Assembly (NCBI GenBank): GCA_023954035.1
Contig: JAMLIT010000005.1
Coordinates: 15,830-79,829, forward strand
Length of the DNA stretch: 64,000 bases
Reading direction: 5' to 3'
Source of the DNA: Burkholderiaceae bacterium
GTDB lineage: Bacteria; Pseudomonadota; Gammaproteobacteria; Burkholderiales; Burkholderiaceae_C
Shown here: positions 8,991 through 19,427 of the stretch, in pieces
How the letters are laid out: each line of letters begins with the position of its first letter
Numbering within the stretch: position 1 is the first letter of the stretch
Notes under the pieces: model-generated
Told to the model about the DNA's origin: nothing
Seen by the model: the letters and a program-made list of their open reading frames with translations, nothing else
Database searches by the model: none
Position numbers and translations under genes: made by a program

Positions 8991-10535
8991 TCATGTCTCA
9001 CGCACCGGCCCCGGCCGGCCGCGCTCGACGACGAAGCGCGCCAGCGTGCGCACACCGCTGTCTGCGCGCAGTGGGTCGTCCAGCGCCTGCAGGCGGGTGG
9101 TCCACAACTGGGGCGTGATGTCTGCAAGACCGTAGCCACGCTCCTCGCAGCGCGCGAGCAGTACATGCGGGTTGTGCCGCACGATGGCGTCAAGCTTTGT
9201 CTGCGTGGTACCCGAGCGCGAGGAAATCGAGGTGCCGCAGAATTCGCTGGCCACCGCCTTTCCGTCGGGCCGAAGGGCGTCTTCGGGTACCCGGCAGACG
9301 TAGTTCTGGTGAATGTCGCCGCCCAGCACCACCGCGCTGCCCGGCACGTGGCGCGCCATGCTCCGGGTCAGTCGCGCCCGTGCGGCGGGGTAGCCGTCCC
9401 AGGTGTCGGTGGACTGTACGCCCGACGGGTAGTGGCGCGGCGACAGCAGCGTTTGCTGCGCGATGACGCTCCAATGGCTGCTTTGCCGGGCGTCCTCTGC
9501 CAGGCCGTCGTCGAGCCAGCGCTCCTGCGCGGAGCCCAGAAAACTGCGCGTGGTTGCTGCCAATTCTTCGCAGTCGTCCCGCCGCACTGCGCCCGCACCC
9601 GAGGCCTGCGCCCGTCGACAGGCCTGGCGGTCGCGGTACTGGCGCCCGTCGAGCAGGTGCAATTGCGCAAGCCGTCCCCAGGCCAGACGGCGGTGCAGTT
9701 GCAGGGACGCGAAACCCGGCGCCGCCAACCGCGCCGCGCCCAGGGGCATATGCTCGTAAAACGCCTGAAACCCGGCGCTGCGAAGCGCAAAAAATCCGTC
9801 GTCGTCTCTGCCGGTGCTTCCCGCGTAGTCGTTCTGCACTTCGTGGTCGTCCCAGGTCACAGCCCAGGGGCAGGCCTCGTGCGCCGCCTGCAATTGCCGA
9901 TCGCTCTTGTGCAGCGCGTAGCGATCACGAAAATCGTCCAGATTGCGGGCGTGGCGCAGCGCGTGCGTGCGCGCCAGGCCGGTGGCGTCGCTTGGCGTTG
10001 CGTATTCATAGATGTAGTCGCCCAAAAACAGCACCAGGTCGGGCGCGTCGTTGGCCACGTGGCCCCAGGCGGCGTAGTGGCCGTGTTCCCAGCGCTGGCA
10101 CGAGGCAAACGCTAGGCGCAGGCGCGCCGGTAGCTCATTCAAAGCGGGCGCTGTGCGCGCGCGGCCGGTGCGGCTCGCTGCGGCCCCGTGGGTGAAGCGG
10201 TAGTGGTACCAGCGCCCGGGCGCCAGGCCCGCCACCTCGACATGCACGCTGTGCGCCAACTCGGGCCGCGCCAGGCTGGAACCGCGCTGCACGATGCGGC
10301 GAAACCCGGCATCTTCGGCGACTTCCCAGCGCACGGGCAGCGGAGTCACAGGCAGCGGGTCGCCGGCAGCGAGCAGCCGGGTCCAGAGCACGAAACCGTC
10401 AGGCGACGGGTCGCCGCTGGCCACGCCCAGACCAAAGGGATCGTGACGCAATGGAGCGGTGCCCCATGCCGACCTAGGTAAGGCGCCGGCCGCAGACGCC
10501 TGCGCGGCAAGGGCGAGAAAGCGCCGCCGGTCCAT
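8991..10535 (-). CDS. phoD: Alkaline phosphatase D family protein with Tat signal
   Basis: MDRRRFL twin-arginine signal; FGLGVASGDP, LWTRL, LGDYIYE, WDDHEVQND, WDGYP, GDIH. Confidence 0.9.
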   Translation of the reverse strand: MDRRRFLALAAQASAAGALPRSAWGTAPLRHDPFGLGVASGDPSPDGFVLWTRLLAAGDPLPVTPLPVRWEVAEDAGFRRIVQRGSSLARPELAHSVHVEVAGLAPGRWYHYRFTHGAAASRTGRARTAPALNELPARLRLAFASCQRWEHGHYAAWGHVANDAPDLVLFLGDYIYEYATPSDATGLARTHALRHARNLDDFRDRYALHKSDRQLQAAHEACPWAVTWDDHEVQNDYAGSTGRDDDGFFALRSAGFQAFYEHMPLGAARLAAPGFASLQLHRRLAWGRLAQLHLLDGRQYRDRQACRRAQASGAGAVRRDDCEELAATTRSFLGSAQERWLDDGLAEDARQSSHWSVIAQQTLLSPRHYPSGVQSTDTWDGYPAARARLTRSMARHVPGSAVVLGGDIHQNYVCRVPEDALRPDGKAVASEFCGTSISSRSGTTQTKLDAIVRHNPHVLLARCEERGYGLADITPQLWTTRLQALDDPLRADSGVRTLARFVVERGRPGPVRET

Positions 10536-10549
10536 CCAGAAATACCGGC

Positions 10550-12076
10550 TCAGGCGGCAACGACGCGGTTCTTGCCCTGGCGTTTGGCAAGGTACATGGC
10601 CTGATCGGCCCGGTGGATGGCGTCCTGACTGTCCTCGCTGGCGGCCATTTGCGCCACGCCGGCGCTGAAGGTGATGAGCAGTTTTTCGTTGTCCTTGAGG
10701 AAAAAATTCTTGGTCAGCTCGCGCTGCAAGCGCTGCATGGCCTCCACGCCCGCTGCCAGCGGGGTGTCGGGCAGGACAATGACGAATTCTTCGCCGCCGT
10801 AACGCGCCAGCATGTCCTGCGGTCGCATGACGGAGCGCACGACGTCGGCCAAATGCACCAAGGCTGCATCGCCGGTGGCGTGGCCCAGACGGTCGTTGAT
10901 CTGTTTGAAGTTGTCCACGTCCAGCAGGGCGACGCACAGCGGAACCTCGGCGCGGCGAGAGCGCGAGATTTCGCGTGCCATCACTTCGTCCAGCCCCTTG
11001 CGATTGAGCGATCCTGTCAGCGGATCGTGCCGGGCCTGCTGGCTGATCTGATCCAGCGATTGCTGCAGGCGCACCAGTTCTTCCTGCTTTTCCTGTGCAC
11101 GCTGGCGCAGGTCATTCAGCTCCTCGTGGGCCACGCGGCTGTCCAGCGCCATCGCTCGCGTGGCGCCCATAACTTGTTCCAGCACGGGAGCGATTTCGTC
11201 CAGCGTGGTCGCGCGCGCGATCTGCTCGGCACATTGTTCGATGGTGGTGTGAAAGCTGTCACTCGACTGGGTCATGGCACCCAGGCGCTCGATGAAGGCG
11301 CTGAGCATCTCCTTCATCTGCTCTTGCGCCTCGACCATGCGTTCCTTGGCTTCTGTCTGCTTGAAGATCACGTCCTTGAGGCGGCGCTGCACGTCGTCCA
11401 GGCGCCGCAACGTCAAGGGCTGTGCGGTGGCATCCACGAGCGCCTGCGTCTGGCCCGACAGCCATCGGTCGTCCAGACTTAACGCGGCCATGTTCTGGAA
11501 CACCATGTGCAGCAATTCCAGCAGCAAGCTGCGAATCGCTGCCTGGTCTTCCGCAGCAAAGGAAAGCCGAAAACTGAAGTTCGCCAGCATGAGTTGCAGC
11601 GTGCTGGCGGGCGGCGCCGGCGAGCGCAGAAACTGCAGCAATTGCGTGCCGAGCAGATGAACGCGCGCATCGTCGGAACTCAAGCCGGTCAGTGTGTTTT
11701 CAACCAGCCGGGCGATCTGCTCGGCCAGATCGTCGGGCAGGACGGCCACGAGCTGTGGTGCCGCGTCGGGACCGGCGGCCACCGCACCGCTTAATCCCAG
11801 CTTGGCGTAGCCCACGACCACGGCCTGTATGGCGCTCCAGTCGTGCGCGGTGACGGCCTTTTCGAACTGGTCAAGCAGACGGCGCTGAACCGGTGTTTGG
11901 CCGGGAACGACACGCAGAATCTGGCGCAGCGGTCCTTCCGGGAAGGCTGCCGGACTGCGCGAACCCGCGATCTCGTCGTAAATCTGGCGAAAATTTTCCG
12001 GTGTCGGTGCCAAACGTCGGATAGCCAATTGCTTGAGGGTTTCGCGAGCGAGATCCGAGGGGGTTTTTTCGGCCAT
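10550..12076 (-). CDS. Diguanylate cyclase (cytoplasmic, helical N-terminus plus GGDEF domain)
   Basis: HDPLTG, DVDNFKQINDRLGHATGD, RPQD I-site, RYGGEEF, ADQAMYLAKRQGKNR. Confidence 0.93.
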   Translation of the reverse strand: MAEKTPSDLARETLKQLAIRRLAPTPENFRQIYDEIAGSRSPAAFPEGPLRQILRVVPGQTPVQRRLLDQFEKAVTAHDWSAIQAVVVGYAKLGLSGAVAAGPDAAPQLVAVLPDDLAEQIARLVENTLTGLSSDDARVHLLGTQLLQFLRSPAPPASTLQLMLANFSFRLSFAAEDQAAIRSLLLELLHMVFQNMAALSLDDRWLSGQTQALVDATAQPLTLRRLDDVQRRLKDVIFKQTEAKERMVEAQEQMKEMLSAFIERLGAMTQSSDSFHTTIEQCAEQIARATTLDEIAPVLEQVMGATRAMALDSRVAHEELNDLRQRAQEKQEELVRLQQSLDQISQQARHDPLTGSLNRKGLDEVMAREISRSRRAEVPLCVALLDVDNFKQINDRLGHATGDAALVHLADVVRSVMRPQDMLARYGGEEFVIVLPDTPLAAGVEAMQRLQRELTKNFFLKDNEKLLITFSAGVAQMAASEDSQDAIHRADQAMYLAKRQGKNRVVAA

Positions 12077-12175
12077 GGTCCACCACGACAGCGGTCAAAG
12101 ACAAGACATCGAAGTGTGACATGGCTTCGTCAGAGGGAGAGGTTTTCTAAATGAAGCGTCGCGTGGAAAACTACA

Positions 12176-13150
12176 CTAATTCACCAGCACCAGCTTACCC
12201 TGCACGGAGCGCGATCCCATGCGTGCGAACGCCTCAGGCAACTGCGCCATCGGCATGGTGCGGTCAATGACGGGCTTGATTCGGCCTTGTGCGTACCAAT
12301 CAGCCAAATTCGCCATCATCGCCGCATTGGCCTTTGGCTCACGTTTGGCAAACTCTCCCCAGAACACGCCCACCAGGGACGCGCCCTTGAGCAAAGGCAG
12401 ATTGAGCGGCAGCGAGGGGATGGGGCCGGAGGCAAAACCTACCACCAGGTAGCGCCCCCGCCAGGCGATGGAGCGGAATGCAGGTTCTGCGAATTCCCCA
12501 CCCACCGGGTCATAGATGACGTCGGGCCCTTTGCCTCCCGTTGCTTGCTTGATGGCCTCGCGCAGGTCTGTAGTGCTGTAGTTGATCGTCGCGTCAGCCC
12601 CCAGCGATTGACACATCGCACATTTTTCATCGGTCGAAGCTGCGGCGACAACCCTGGCGCCCATGGCTTTGGCAATCTGGATCGCTGCCGTACCTACTCC
12701 GCCTGCTGCGCCCAAGACCAGAACCGTCTCGCCGGCTTGCAGCAGGGCCCGATCGACCAAGGCATGCCAGGAAGTCGCATAGATCATGATGAAGGCCGCC
12801 GCATCCACCGGCGCGAAGCCGGGCGGCAGCGGCATGCACAGCGCCGCCGGCGCCAGCGTGTGTGTGCCGAAACCGCCAGTGCCGGACAAGCATGCCACGC
12901 GTTGCCCCGGCGAGAGATGGCCCACATCCGGCCCTACGGCCTCGACGACGCCCGCATATTCAGAGCCCGGCACAAAGGGCAAGGCTGGCTTCATCTGGTA
13001 CTTGTTTTGAACGATCAACAGGTCGGGAAAATTCAGGCTGGCGGCCTCGATCCGGATCAGTACCTGGCCGGGGCCGGGCGTCGGAGTGGGAATTTCGGTC
13101 CAAGTCAGCGCTTCGACGCCAGTCGGTTCCGTGCATAGCCATGCGTGCAT
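12176..13150 (-). CDS. NADPH:quinone oxidoreductase family (MDR superfamily)
   Basis: LNFPD, PFVPGSE, VLVLGAAGGVG, DPVGG, GKLVL. Start set at MHAW after GGAG. Confidence 0.9.
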   Translation of the reverse strand: MHAWLCTEPTGVEALTWTEIPTPTPGPGQVLIRIEAASLNFPDLLIVQNKYQMKPALPFVPGSEYAGVVEAVGPDVGHLSPGQRVACLSGTGGFGTHTLAPAALCMPLPPGFAPVDAAAFIMIYATSWHALVDRALLQAGETVLVLGAAGGVGTAAIQIAKAMGARVVAAASTDEKCAMCQSLGADATINYSTTDLREAIKQATGGKGPDVIYDPVGGEFAEPAFRSIAWRGRYLVVGFASGPIPSLPLNLPLLKGASLVGVFWGEFAKREPKANAAMMANLADWYAQGRIKPVIDRTMPMAQLPEAFARMGSRSVQGKLVLVN

Positions 13151-13283
13151 TGGTGTCTCCATTCGAGGTGAGCGCGGATGATAGGCGCGCCCGGCCACTG
13201 CCCGATGTCTCAAGAGAGACCGCCTCACCGCGGGCACTGGGCGCGGCGACGCGGCCTACAATTGCCTATCGACCTCGAGCAGC

Positions 13284-14078
13284 ATGAAGATCCTTATTTC
13301 CAACGACGACGGTTACCAGGCTCCAGGCATCGTCGCTCTGCACGCGGCTCTGGCCCGGGTGGCACAGGTGGAAGTCGTGGCCCCTGAACACAACAACAGC
13401 GCAAAATCGAATGCCTTGACGCTGCATTCGCCGCTCTATGTGCAGACGGCGCCCAATGGGTTTCGTTACATCAACGGCACTCCCGCCGACTGCGTGCATA
13501 TCGCGCTCACAGGTTTGCTGGACTACCGCCCGGATCTGATCGTCTCCGGTATCAACAATGGCGCCAACATGGGCGACGACACCATTTACTCGGGAACCGT
13601 TGGTGCTGCGATGGAAGGCTTTCTTTTTGGGATTCCGGCGATTGCCTTCTCACAGGTAGACAAGGGCTGGGGCGAAATCGATGCCGCGGCCAGCAAGGCC
13701 GCCGAAATCGTTTTGCAATTGAGCGCGCGCAGCCAGCTGGGCGAATCGCCCTGGCTGCTCAATGTGAATATACCGAATTTGCCGTTGGAGGCGATGCAGC
13801 CTGTGAAAATCTGCCGCCTGGGGCGTAGGCATGCAGCCGAGCGCGTCATCGTTCAGCAAAGTCCGCGCGGGGAGGCGATGTATTGGATTGGAAGCGCTGG
13901 AGCGGCCAAAGATGACGCAGAGGGGACCGATTTCCACGCAACCGCGCTGGGGCACGTGGCCCTGACGCCGCTAAAGGTGGACCTCACAGACCACGACCAT
14001 CTTCGTTATTGGGCGCAAAGCGTTGCGCAGTGGGTCGATCCGCCGAGCAATACGCAGACCGCGGTGGAGGCGGCGTGA
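13284..14078 (+). CDS. surE: 5'/3'-nucleotidase SurE
   Basis: ILISNDDG, GTPADCV, SGINNGANMG, YSGTVGAA. Confidence 0.97.
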   Translation: MKILISNDDGYQAPGIVALHAALARVAQVEVVAPEHNNSAKSNALTLHSPLYVQTAPNGFRYINGTPADCVHIALTGLLDYRPDLIVSGINNGANMGDDTIYSGTVGAAMEGFLFGIPAIAFSQVDKGWGEIDAAASKAAEIVLQLSARSQLGESPWLLNVNIPNLPLEAMQPVKICRLGRRHAAERVIVQQSPRGEAMYWIGSAGAAKDDAEGTDFHATALGHVALTPLKVDLTDHDHLRYWAQSVAQWVDPPSNTQTAVEAA

Positions 14079-14851
14079 CCCAGCGGCGCCCTGGTTTTCC
14101 CGCACGCATCGGCCCGGCGCAACCCACGACTTCCACGTCCAAGACGCCAGCGCGTCCTGTCGGCGCCAGCGCCACATCTGCACCCGCAATCGGAGTGGGC
14201 GATGACTCCACGGCGGCGCGAGCCGCCATGCTGCGGCGGCTTGCTTTGGGCGGGGTGACGTCGGCGTGCGTCTTGCAGGCCATGGGGTCCGTCGACCGGC
14301 GCCAGTTCGTGGATTCTGGCCTCGGCAATCAGGCCTACGAGGACACCAGTTTGCCAATCGGGTTTGGCCAGACCATCTCTAAACCCAGTGTAGTTGCCCG
14401 CATGATAGAACTGCTGCTCGCGGCACCCGGCGCTCGCACGCAAGGCCTGGGCAGAGTGCTGGAGGTCGGGACCGGCTGCGGCTACCAGGCAGCGGTGCTC
14501 GCCAGACTGGCGCGCGAGGTCTACAGCATCGAGCGCTTGCGCGGCCTGCACGAACGCGCCCGCGCCAATTTACGCCCTTTGCGCCTTGCCAATGTGCACC
14601 TGATCTTTGGCGACGGCATGCTGGGATTTGCCCGTGGCGCGCCCTATGCAGGGATTCTCGCGGCCGCTGGCGGAGCTGCCGTGCCGGCAGCATGGTGCGA
14701 ACAACTCGCCGTGGGTGGCCGCCTGGTTGCTCCCGTCTCAGACGCTTCGGGCAGCCAATCGCTGATGGTGATTGATCGATCGACACAGGGTTTTACTCAG
14801 AGCGTGCTCGAGTCGGTTCATTTCGTGCCCCTAAAATCAGGAATTGGTTGA
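14075..14851 (+). CDS. pcm: Protein-L-isoaspartate O-methyltransferase
   Basis: AYEDTSLPIGFGQTISKP, VLEVGTGCGYQAA, FVPLKSG. GTGA overlap with surE. Confidence 0.95.
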   Translation: MTQRRPGFPARIGPAQPTTSTSKTPARPVGASATSAPAIGVGDDSTAARAAMLRRLALGGVTSACVLQAMGSVDRRQFVDSGLGNQAYEDTSLPIGFGQTISKPSVVARMIELLLAAPGARTQGLGRVLEVGTGCGYQAAVLARLAREVYSIERLRGLHERARANLRPLRLANVHLIFGDGMLGFARGAPYAGILAAAGGAAVPAAWCEQLAVGGRLVAPVSDASGSQSLMVIDRSTQGFTQSVLESVHFVPLKSGIG

Positions 14852-14862
14852 AGGAATTTCAT

Positions 14863-15747
14863 ATGCAGGTTTCGCGCGTTCGTGTTCTAGGGATTTCCCT
14901 CTTGCTTGCCGGGCTGGCGCTGGGCGGCTGCGGTTCCCGCATGACGCGTGCCCCCGTCGTGGACCGGGGAACAGCCGCGGTGGGACAAGGCCCAAACAAC
15001 GAGTCCACGCAAGCGACCGTGGTGAAATCGCCTCAGGCAGACAGCGCTGGCAGCGTGGCGACCTATACGGTCAAACCGGGAGACACCTTGATTCGCATCG
15101 GGCTCGATACCGGCCAGAGCTGGAAGGACATTGCCCGCTGGAATCAGATTGATAACCCGAATCTCATCGAGGTGGGGCAGGTGCTTCGCGTGAGCCCGCC
15201 TCAGACGGCTGTGTCGGCCTCTGTCTCGCCCGGCGTCGTGACTCGTCCTGTGACTGCGTCGTCGGTGGCGCCGGTGGTGGCCGGCGCCGCTCCGGCCGGT
15301 GGCGCATCGGGCGCCGTGCCAGAGCCCGCCCCTGAGGCGGCGCAGGCCTCCAGCCCCGCCTCGCCAGCTGCTGCCGAGGATGGCACGGCGTTCATATGGC
15401 CTGCCAGCGGCAGCGTGCTGGCTGGTTTCGACGAAGCACGCAACAAGGGGCTTGACATAGCCGGCAAGAGCGGCGACCCCGTTGTGGCGGCAGCCGACGG
15501 TCGGGTGGTCTATGCAGGTGCAGGCTTGCGCGGGTACGGGAACCTCATCATCCTCAAGCACAGCAACGTGTTTCTTACGGCGTATGCACACAACCGCACG
15601 CTGCTTGTGAAAGAAGACCAGACCGTTCGCCGTGGTCAGAAAATTGCAGAAATGGGAAATACGGATTCCGACCGTGTGAAGCTGCATTTCGAGATTCGCC
15701 GCCAAGGAAAGCCGGTGGATCCGGCGCGTTATCTGCCTTCGCGCTGA
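14863..15747 (+). CDS. nlpD: LysM/M23 peptidase lipoprotein NlpD
   Basis: Lipobox LGGC, LysM YTVKPGDTL, M23 domain NKGLDI...GYGNLIILKH...AYAHN...LHFEIR; follows surE-pcm. Confidence 0.9.
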   Translation: MQVSRVRVLGISLLLAGLALGGCGSRMTRAPVVDRGTAAVGQGPNNESTQATVVKSPQADSAGSVATYTVKPGDTLIRIGLDTGQSWKDIARWNQIDNPNLIEVGQVLRVSPPQTAVSASVSPGVVTRPVTASSVAPVVAGAAPAGGASGAVPEPAPEAAQASSPASPAAAEDGTAFIWPASGSVLAGFDEARNKGLDIAGKSGDPVVAAADGRVVYAGAGLRGYGNLIILKHSNVFLTAYAHNRTLLVKEDQTVRRGQKIAEMGNTDSDRVKLHFEIRRQGKPVDPARYLPSR

Positions 15748-15751
15748 TCCT

Positions 15752-16759
15752 ATGCGCACGTCGGCGCCTGCGCGTCCCGCGCCGCTGATCGGGGATTTCG
15801 ATCAGGACGATGCAGAAACATTGCCTTCCCCTAGCGAAGTGCGCTCCCTGGTGGTCGGTGTCCACGCGCATGCCGAGCGCTTGGATCGCGCCCTGGTTCA
15901 GTGCGTAACGGAATTTTCGCGTTCGTATCTCCAGCAGTTGGTGGCTGCAGGTGCCGTGCGTCTGAATGACCGGCTGGTGTCCAAACCCGCCCAACGCGTC
16001 AAGTTCGGCGACCGAATCGATATTGAGATGCGCCCCACCCAGGAGAGCCAGGCTTTTCGCGGCGAGGCGATCGCATTGGAGGTCCTGTACGAAGACGCTC
16101 ACCTGTTGGTAGTCAACAAGCCGGCAGGACTGGTCGTGCATCCTGCGCCCGGCAATTGGAGTGGTACCCTGCTCAACGCTTTGATCGGCCGTGACGCAGA
16201 GGCCGCGCGGGTCCCTAGAGCGGGCATCGTGCATCGACTTGACAAGGACACCAGCGGTTTGCTGATGGTCGCACGCACCCGTCCGGTCATGGATACGCTG
16301 GTGCACGCGATCAGTGAGCGGACCGTGCATCGACAATATCTGGCGATTGCGCAGGGACATTGGAGCGGGCCGACCGAACGCACCGCAAGCGAGGCCATCG
16401 GGCGCGATGCACGCAACCGCCTGCGCATGGCGGCGGTGGACCTTGCAAGGCATCCGGGTAGGGCTGCACGGACGGACATCGTGCTGTTGCAACAGGCGCA
16501 GGCCCACTGTCTGCTGCGCTGCACGCTGCAAACCGGTAGAACTCACCAGATTCGAGTGCATCTGGCACACATGGGCCTGCCGTTGGTCGGCGACGTGTTG
16601 TACGGCGGGGCGCCGGGACTCGGGATGACACGGCAGGCACTGCACGCCGAACGCCTCGCGTTTCGCCATCCGGTCTCGGGGCATGCACTGGTGTTCAGGG
16701 CCCCGTTGCCTGCGGACATCCGGACTGCGCTGGAAATAGCAGGCCTCCAGGAGCCATAG
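15752..16759 (+). CDS. rluD: 23S rRNA pseudouridine synthase, RluD-like
   Basis: S4 domain (RLDRAL), NKPAGLVVHP, GIVHRLDKDTSGL, LQTGRTHQIRVH. Confidence 0.85.
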   Translation: MRTSAPARPAPLIGDFDQDDAETLPSPSEVRSLVVGVHAHAERLDRALVQCVTEFSRSYLQQLVAAGAVRLNDRLVSKPAQRVKFGDRIDIEMRPTQESQAFRGEAIALEVLYEDAHLLVVNKPAGLVVHPAPGNWSGTLLNALIGRDAEAARVPRAGIVHRLDKDTSGLLMVARTRPVMDTLVHAISERTVHRQYLAIAQGHWSGPTERTASEAIGRDARNRLRMAAVDLARHPGRAARTDIVLLQQAQAHCLLRCTLQTGRTHQIRVHLAHMGLPLVGDVLYGGAPGLGMTRQALHAERLAFRHPVSGHALVFRAPLPADIRTALEIAGLQEP

Positions 16760-16951
16760 AGTGTCGGCCCGCAGCCTGGACTGCGATACAATCCGGCTGT
16801 TCCCAGTCCCGGTGAAACGCGGCCGTCTGCCAGCCTGTCGGGTGCATCCATTGCGGTGCTCACCGGACAGAGAGCAATGCGTTTTGCTTCGCTCCTTCTT
16901 TGCTTTTCGCGCCGCGGCTGCGCTGCGCGCTTCCCGGACACGTTGACGACC

Positions 16952-17566
16952 ATGAATACGGTGGACGCAAAACGGGTTCTCGAAACGGCCTTGATCTGTG
17001 CTCAGCAAGCCCTGAGTCTACGGGACTTGCGGGTGCTTTTCGATGACGCCGTCGGAACGGATACCATCAAGCAATGGCTGGAGGAGCTTCAGTCTCAGTG
17101 GGCTCAGAGCGGGGTAGAACTGGTGCAAGTGGCCTCGGGCTGGCGCTTTCAATCCCGGCCTGCCATGCGCGAATTCCTGGATCGCTTGCACCCTGAAAAA
17201 CCGCCGCGCTATTCGCGTGCAGTGCTGGAGACCCTGGCGATCATTGCCTACCGACAGCCCGTTACCCGAGGCGACATCGAGGAGGTGCGTGGCGTGGCGG
17301 TCAGCAGCCTCATCGTCAAGCAGCTGGAGGAACGCGGCTGGATCGAAACTATCGGCCACCGGGAGACGGTTGGCCGGCCTGCGCTCTTTGCCACCACGCG
17401 CCAGTTTTTGGATGATTTTGGGTTGCGGTCGCTCGACCAACTGCCTGAACTCGACCTGCCGGGCGTTGTTGCTGCGCTGGATAACCCAGTTCACCAGGAG
17501 GCATCGACGCTGGGTGAGCAGCCGGAGCTGATCGGTCTGCAAGAAATCCCGCACAGCGTTTCTTAG
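16952..17566 (+). CDS. scpB: SMC-Scp complex subunit ScpB
   Basis: [39 protein letters not shown]. Confidence 0.95.
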   Translation: MNTVDAKRVLETALICAQQALSLRDLRVLFDDAVGTDTIKQWLEELQSQWAQSGVELVQVASGWRFQSRPAMREFLDRLHPEKPPRYSRAVLETLAIIAYRQPVTRGDIEEVRGVAVSSLIVKQLEERGWIETIGHRETVGRPALFATTRQFLDDFGLRSLDQLPELDLPGVVAALDNPVHQEASTLGEQPELIGLQEIPHSVS

Positions 17567-17593
17567 CCCGATATTTTGGTAGCAAACCGACCT

Positions 17594-18832
17594 ATGAACG
17601 ATACGAAAATAGAGACACCGCCACCGCTCAGCCCACCCGTTGACGATCTCAAGCAAGTCACTCCATTGGCCGATCGGTCCCAGCAAACCGAGCGCCAGGC
17701 AGAAAGCCGAATCGGGAAGGGGCGCGGACGCACCGTCCGACCCCGGAACGAGAGGCGAGGGTATGCATTTGATGATGTCGTATCTGGTCAATTCGATGCT
17801 GAGCTTGCCGACGCCGAGGGCGCGCTGCCCAAGCGCGTCCTCTTGCCCGAGGCAGAAACGCCCAAACTGCACAAGGTGCTTGCGCAGGCAGGCCTGGGCT
17901 CGCGTCTGGAGATGGAGCAATTGATTTTGGAAGGACGTATTTCGGTCAACAACGAGCCCGCCCACATTGGCCAACGCATTCAGTATGGCGACCAAGTCAA
18001 AGTCAACGGCAAGCCGATTCGCTATCGCATTGATCCCCCGCCGGCCCGAGTCATTGCGTACCACAAGCCGGCGGGGGAAGTCGTCACGCACGACGACCCG
18101 CAGAATCGTCCGACGGTTTTTCGCAAGCTGCCGCGTCTGCACCAGGGCAAGTGGCAGTCGGTTGGGCGCCTGGACCTCAATACCGAGGGTTTGTTGCTGT
18201 TTACCAGCTCGGGCGAGCTAGCCAATCGGTTGATGCACCCTCGTTTTGGTTTGGAGCGCGAGTACGCAGTTCGCGTGCTAGGTGCTTTGAGCGCCGAGGA
18301 AAAGGAAAGATTACTGACCGGCGTACAGCTCGAGGACGGATTGGCTGTGTTCGGTTCGATTGAAGAAGGTGGCGGTGAGGGCGCAAATTGCTGGTATCGC
18401 GTAACGATCTCCGAGGGGCGAAACCGTGAAGTCCGCCGGATGCTGGAGAGCGTCGGGCACGCGGTGAGCCGATTGATTCGAATCCGCTACGGCGCGATGG
18501 TGCTGCCCAAGGGACTGCGCCGGGGAGCGTTTGTGGAGTTGGCCGAGGTGGACATTCGCGCTCTCATGAAGGCTGCCGGTGTCGAGCAAGCGGTTCGTCA
18601 GGCAGACTCAGGCCCGCTTGGGGCGAAAAGGGGCGGTGGACGTGGCGCCTTTGGCAACAACCGTCCACCGCGGGGCGACGGGGGAAAAAAGGGCTCTAAC
18701 GCTGCCAGTGCCCAACCGGACCCACTCAAGACGTCGGTCGGTTATATCGGCACCGACAGCCTCAAGCGGCAAAGACAGGAGGAACACCGTGGCAGGCGGT
18801 CAGGAATTGGTCCACGCAAGCGCGGCCGATAA
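17594..18832 (+). CDS. rluB: rRNA pseudouridine synthase, RluB-like
   Basis: [37 protein letters not shown]. Confidence 0.88.
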   Translation: MNDTKIETPPPLSPPVDDLKQVTPLADRSQQTERQAESRIGKGRGRTVRPRNERRGYAFDDVVSGQFDAELADAEGALPKRVLLPEAETPKLHKVLAQAGLGSRLEMEQLILEGRISVNNEPAHIGQRIQYGDQVKVNGKPIRYRIDPPPARVIAYHKPAGEVVTHDDPQNRPTVFRKLPRLHQGKWQSVGRLDLNTEGLLLFTSSGELANRLMHPRFGLEREYAVRVLGALSAEEKERLLTGVQLEDGLAVFGSIEEGGGEGANCWYRVTISEGRNREVRRMLESVGHAVSRLIRIRYGAMVLPKGLRRGAFVELAEVDIRALMKAAGVEQAVRQADSGPLGAKRGGGRGAFGNNRPPRGDGGKKGSNAASAQPDPLKTSVGYIGTDSLKRQRQEEHRGRRSGIGPRKRGR

Positions 18833-18946
18833 GGCTACGGTCCGCGCTTGCGACGCGGAGCGTGAGCGCTTAGCCGGGTCGGAGGCTAGAATTGAAGGCT
18901 TTTGTCACACCGACCAAACCTTTGAAGTTTCTTTCAGGACATTCAC

Positions 18947-19372
18947 ATGGCTATCGAACGCACTCTCTCCATCATCAAACCCGACGCCGTCGCCAAAAAC
19001 GTGATCGGGCAGATTTATGCTCGTTTTGAAGCTGCGGGTCTTCGCATTGTTGCAGCCCGCATGGCGCACCTGTCGCGCTTGGAGGCCGAGCAGTTCTACG
19101 CTGTGCACAAAGAGCGCCCGTTTTTCAACGACCTTGTAACGTTCATGGTCTCTGGTCCTGTGATGATCCAGGTGCTGGAAGGCGAAAGCGCCATTTTGAA
19201 GAACCGCGAACTGATGGGAGCCACGGATCCCAAAAAAGCCGATGCTGGGACGATCCGCGCCGATTTTGCCGACAGCATCGACGCGAACGCCGTGCATGGG
19301 TCCGATGCGGCTGAAACCGCGCAAGTGGAGATCGCCTTCTTCTTTGCTGGAATGAGCGTCTATTCACGTTGA
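18947..19372 (+). CDS. ndk: Nucleoside diphosphate kinase
   Basis: [27 protein letters not shown]. Confidence 0.98.
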   Translation: MAIERTLSIIKPDAVAKNVIGQIYARFEAAGLRIVAARMAHLSRLEAEQFYAVHKERPFFNDLVTFMVSGPVMIQVLEGESAILKNRELMGATDPKKADAGTIRADFADSIDANAVHGSDAAETAQVEIAFFFAGMSVYSR

Positions 19373-19427
19373 ACTCGGTGCACGCCAGACGGCGCGTTGA
19401 GCAATCAGCCGCCTGGCAACCCGACGC

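Noticed and set aside
10536-10937. N-terminal extension of the phoD ORF suggesting a fusion with the cyclase
   Set aside because: It overlaps the GGDEF gene in another frame; the Tat signal marks the true start at 10535.
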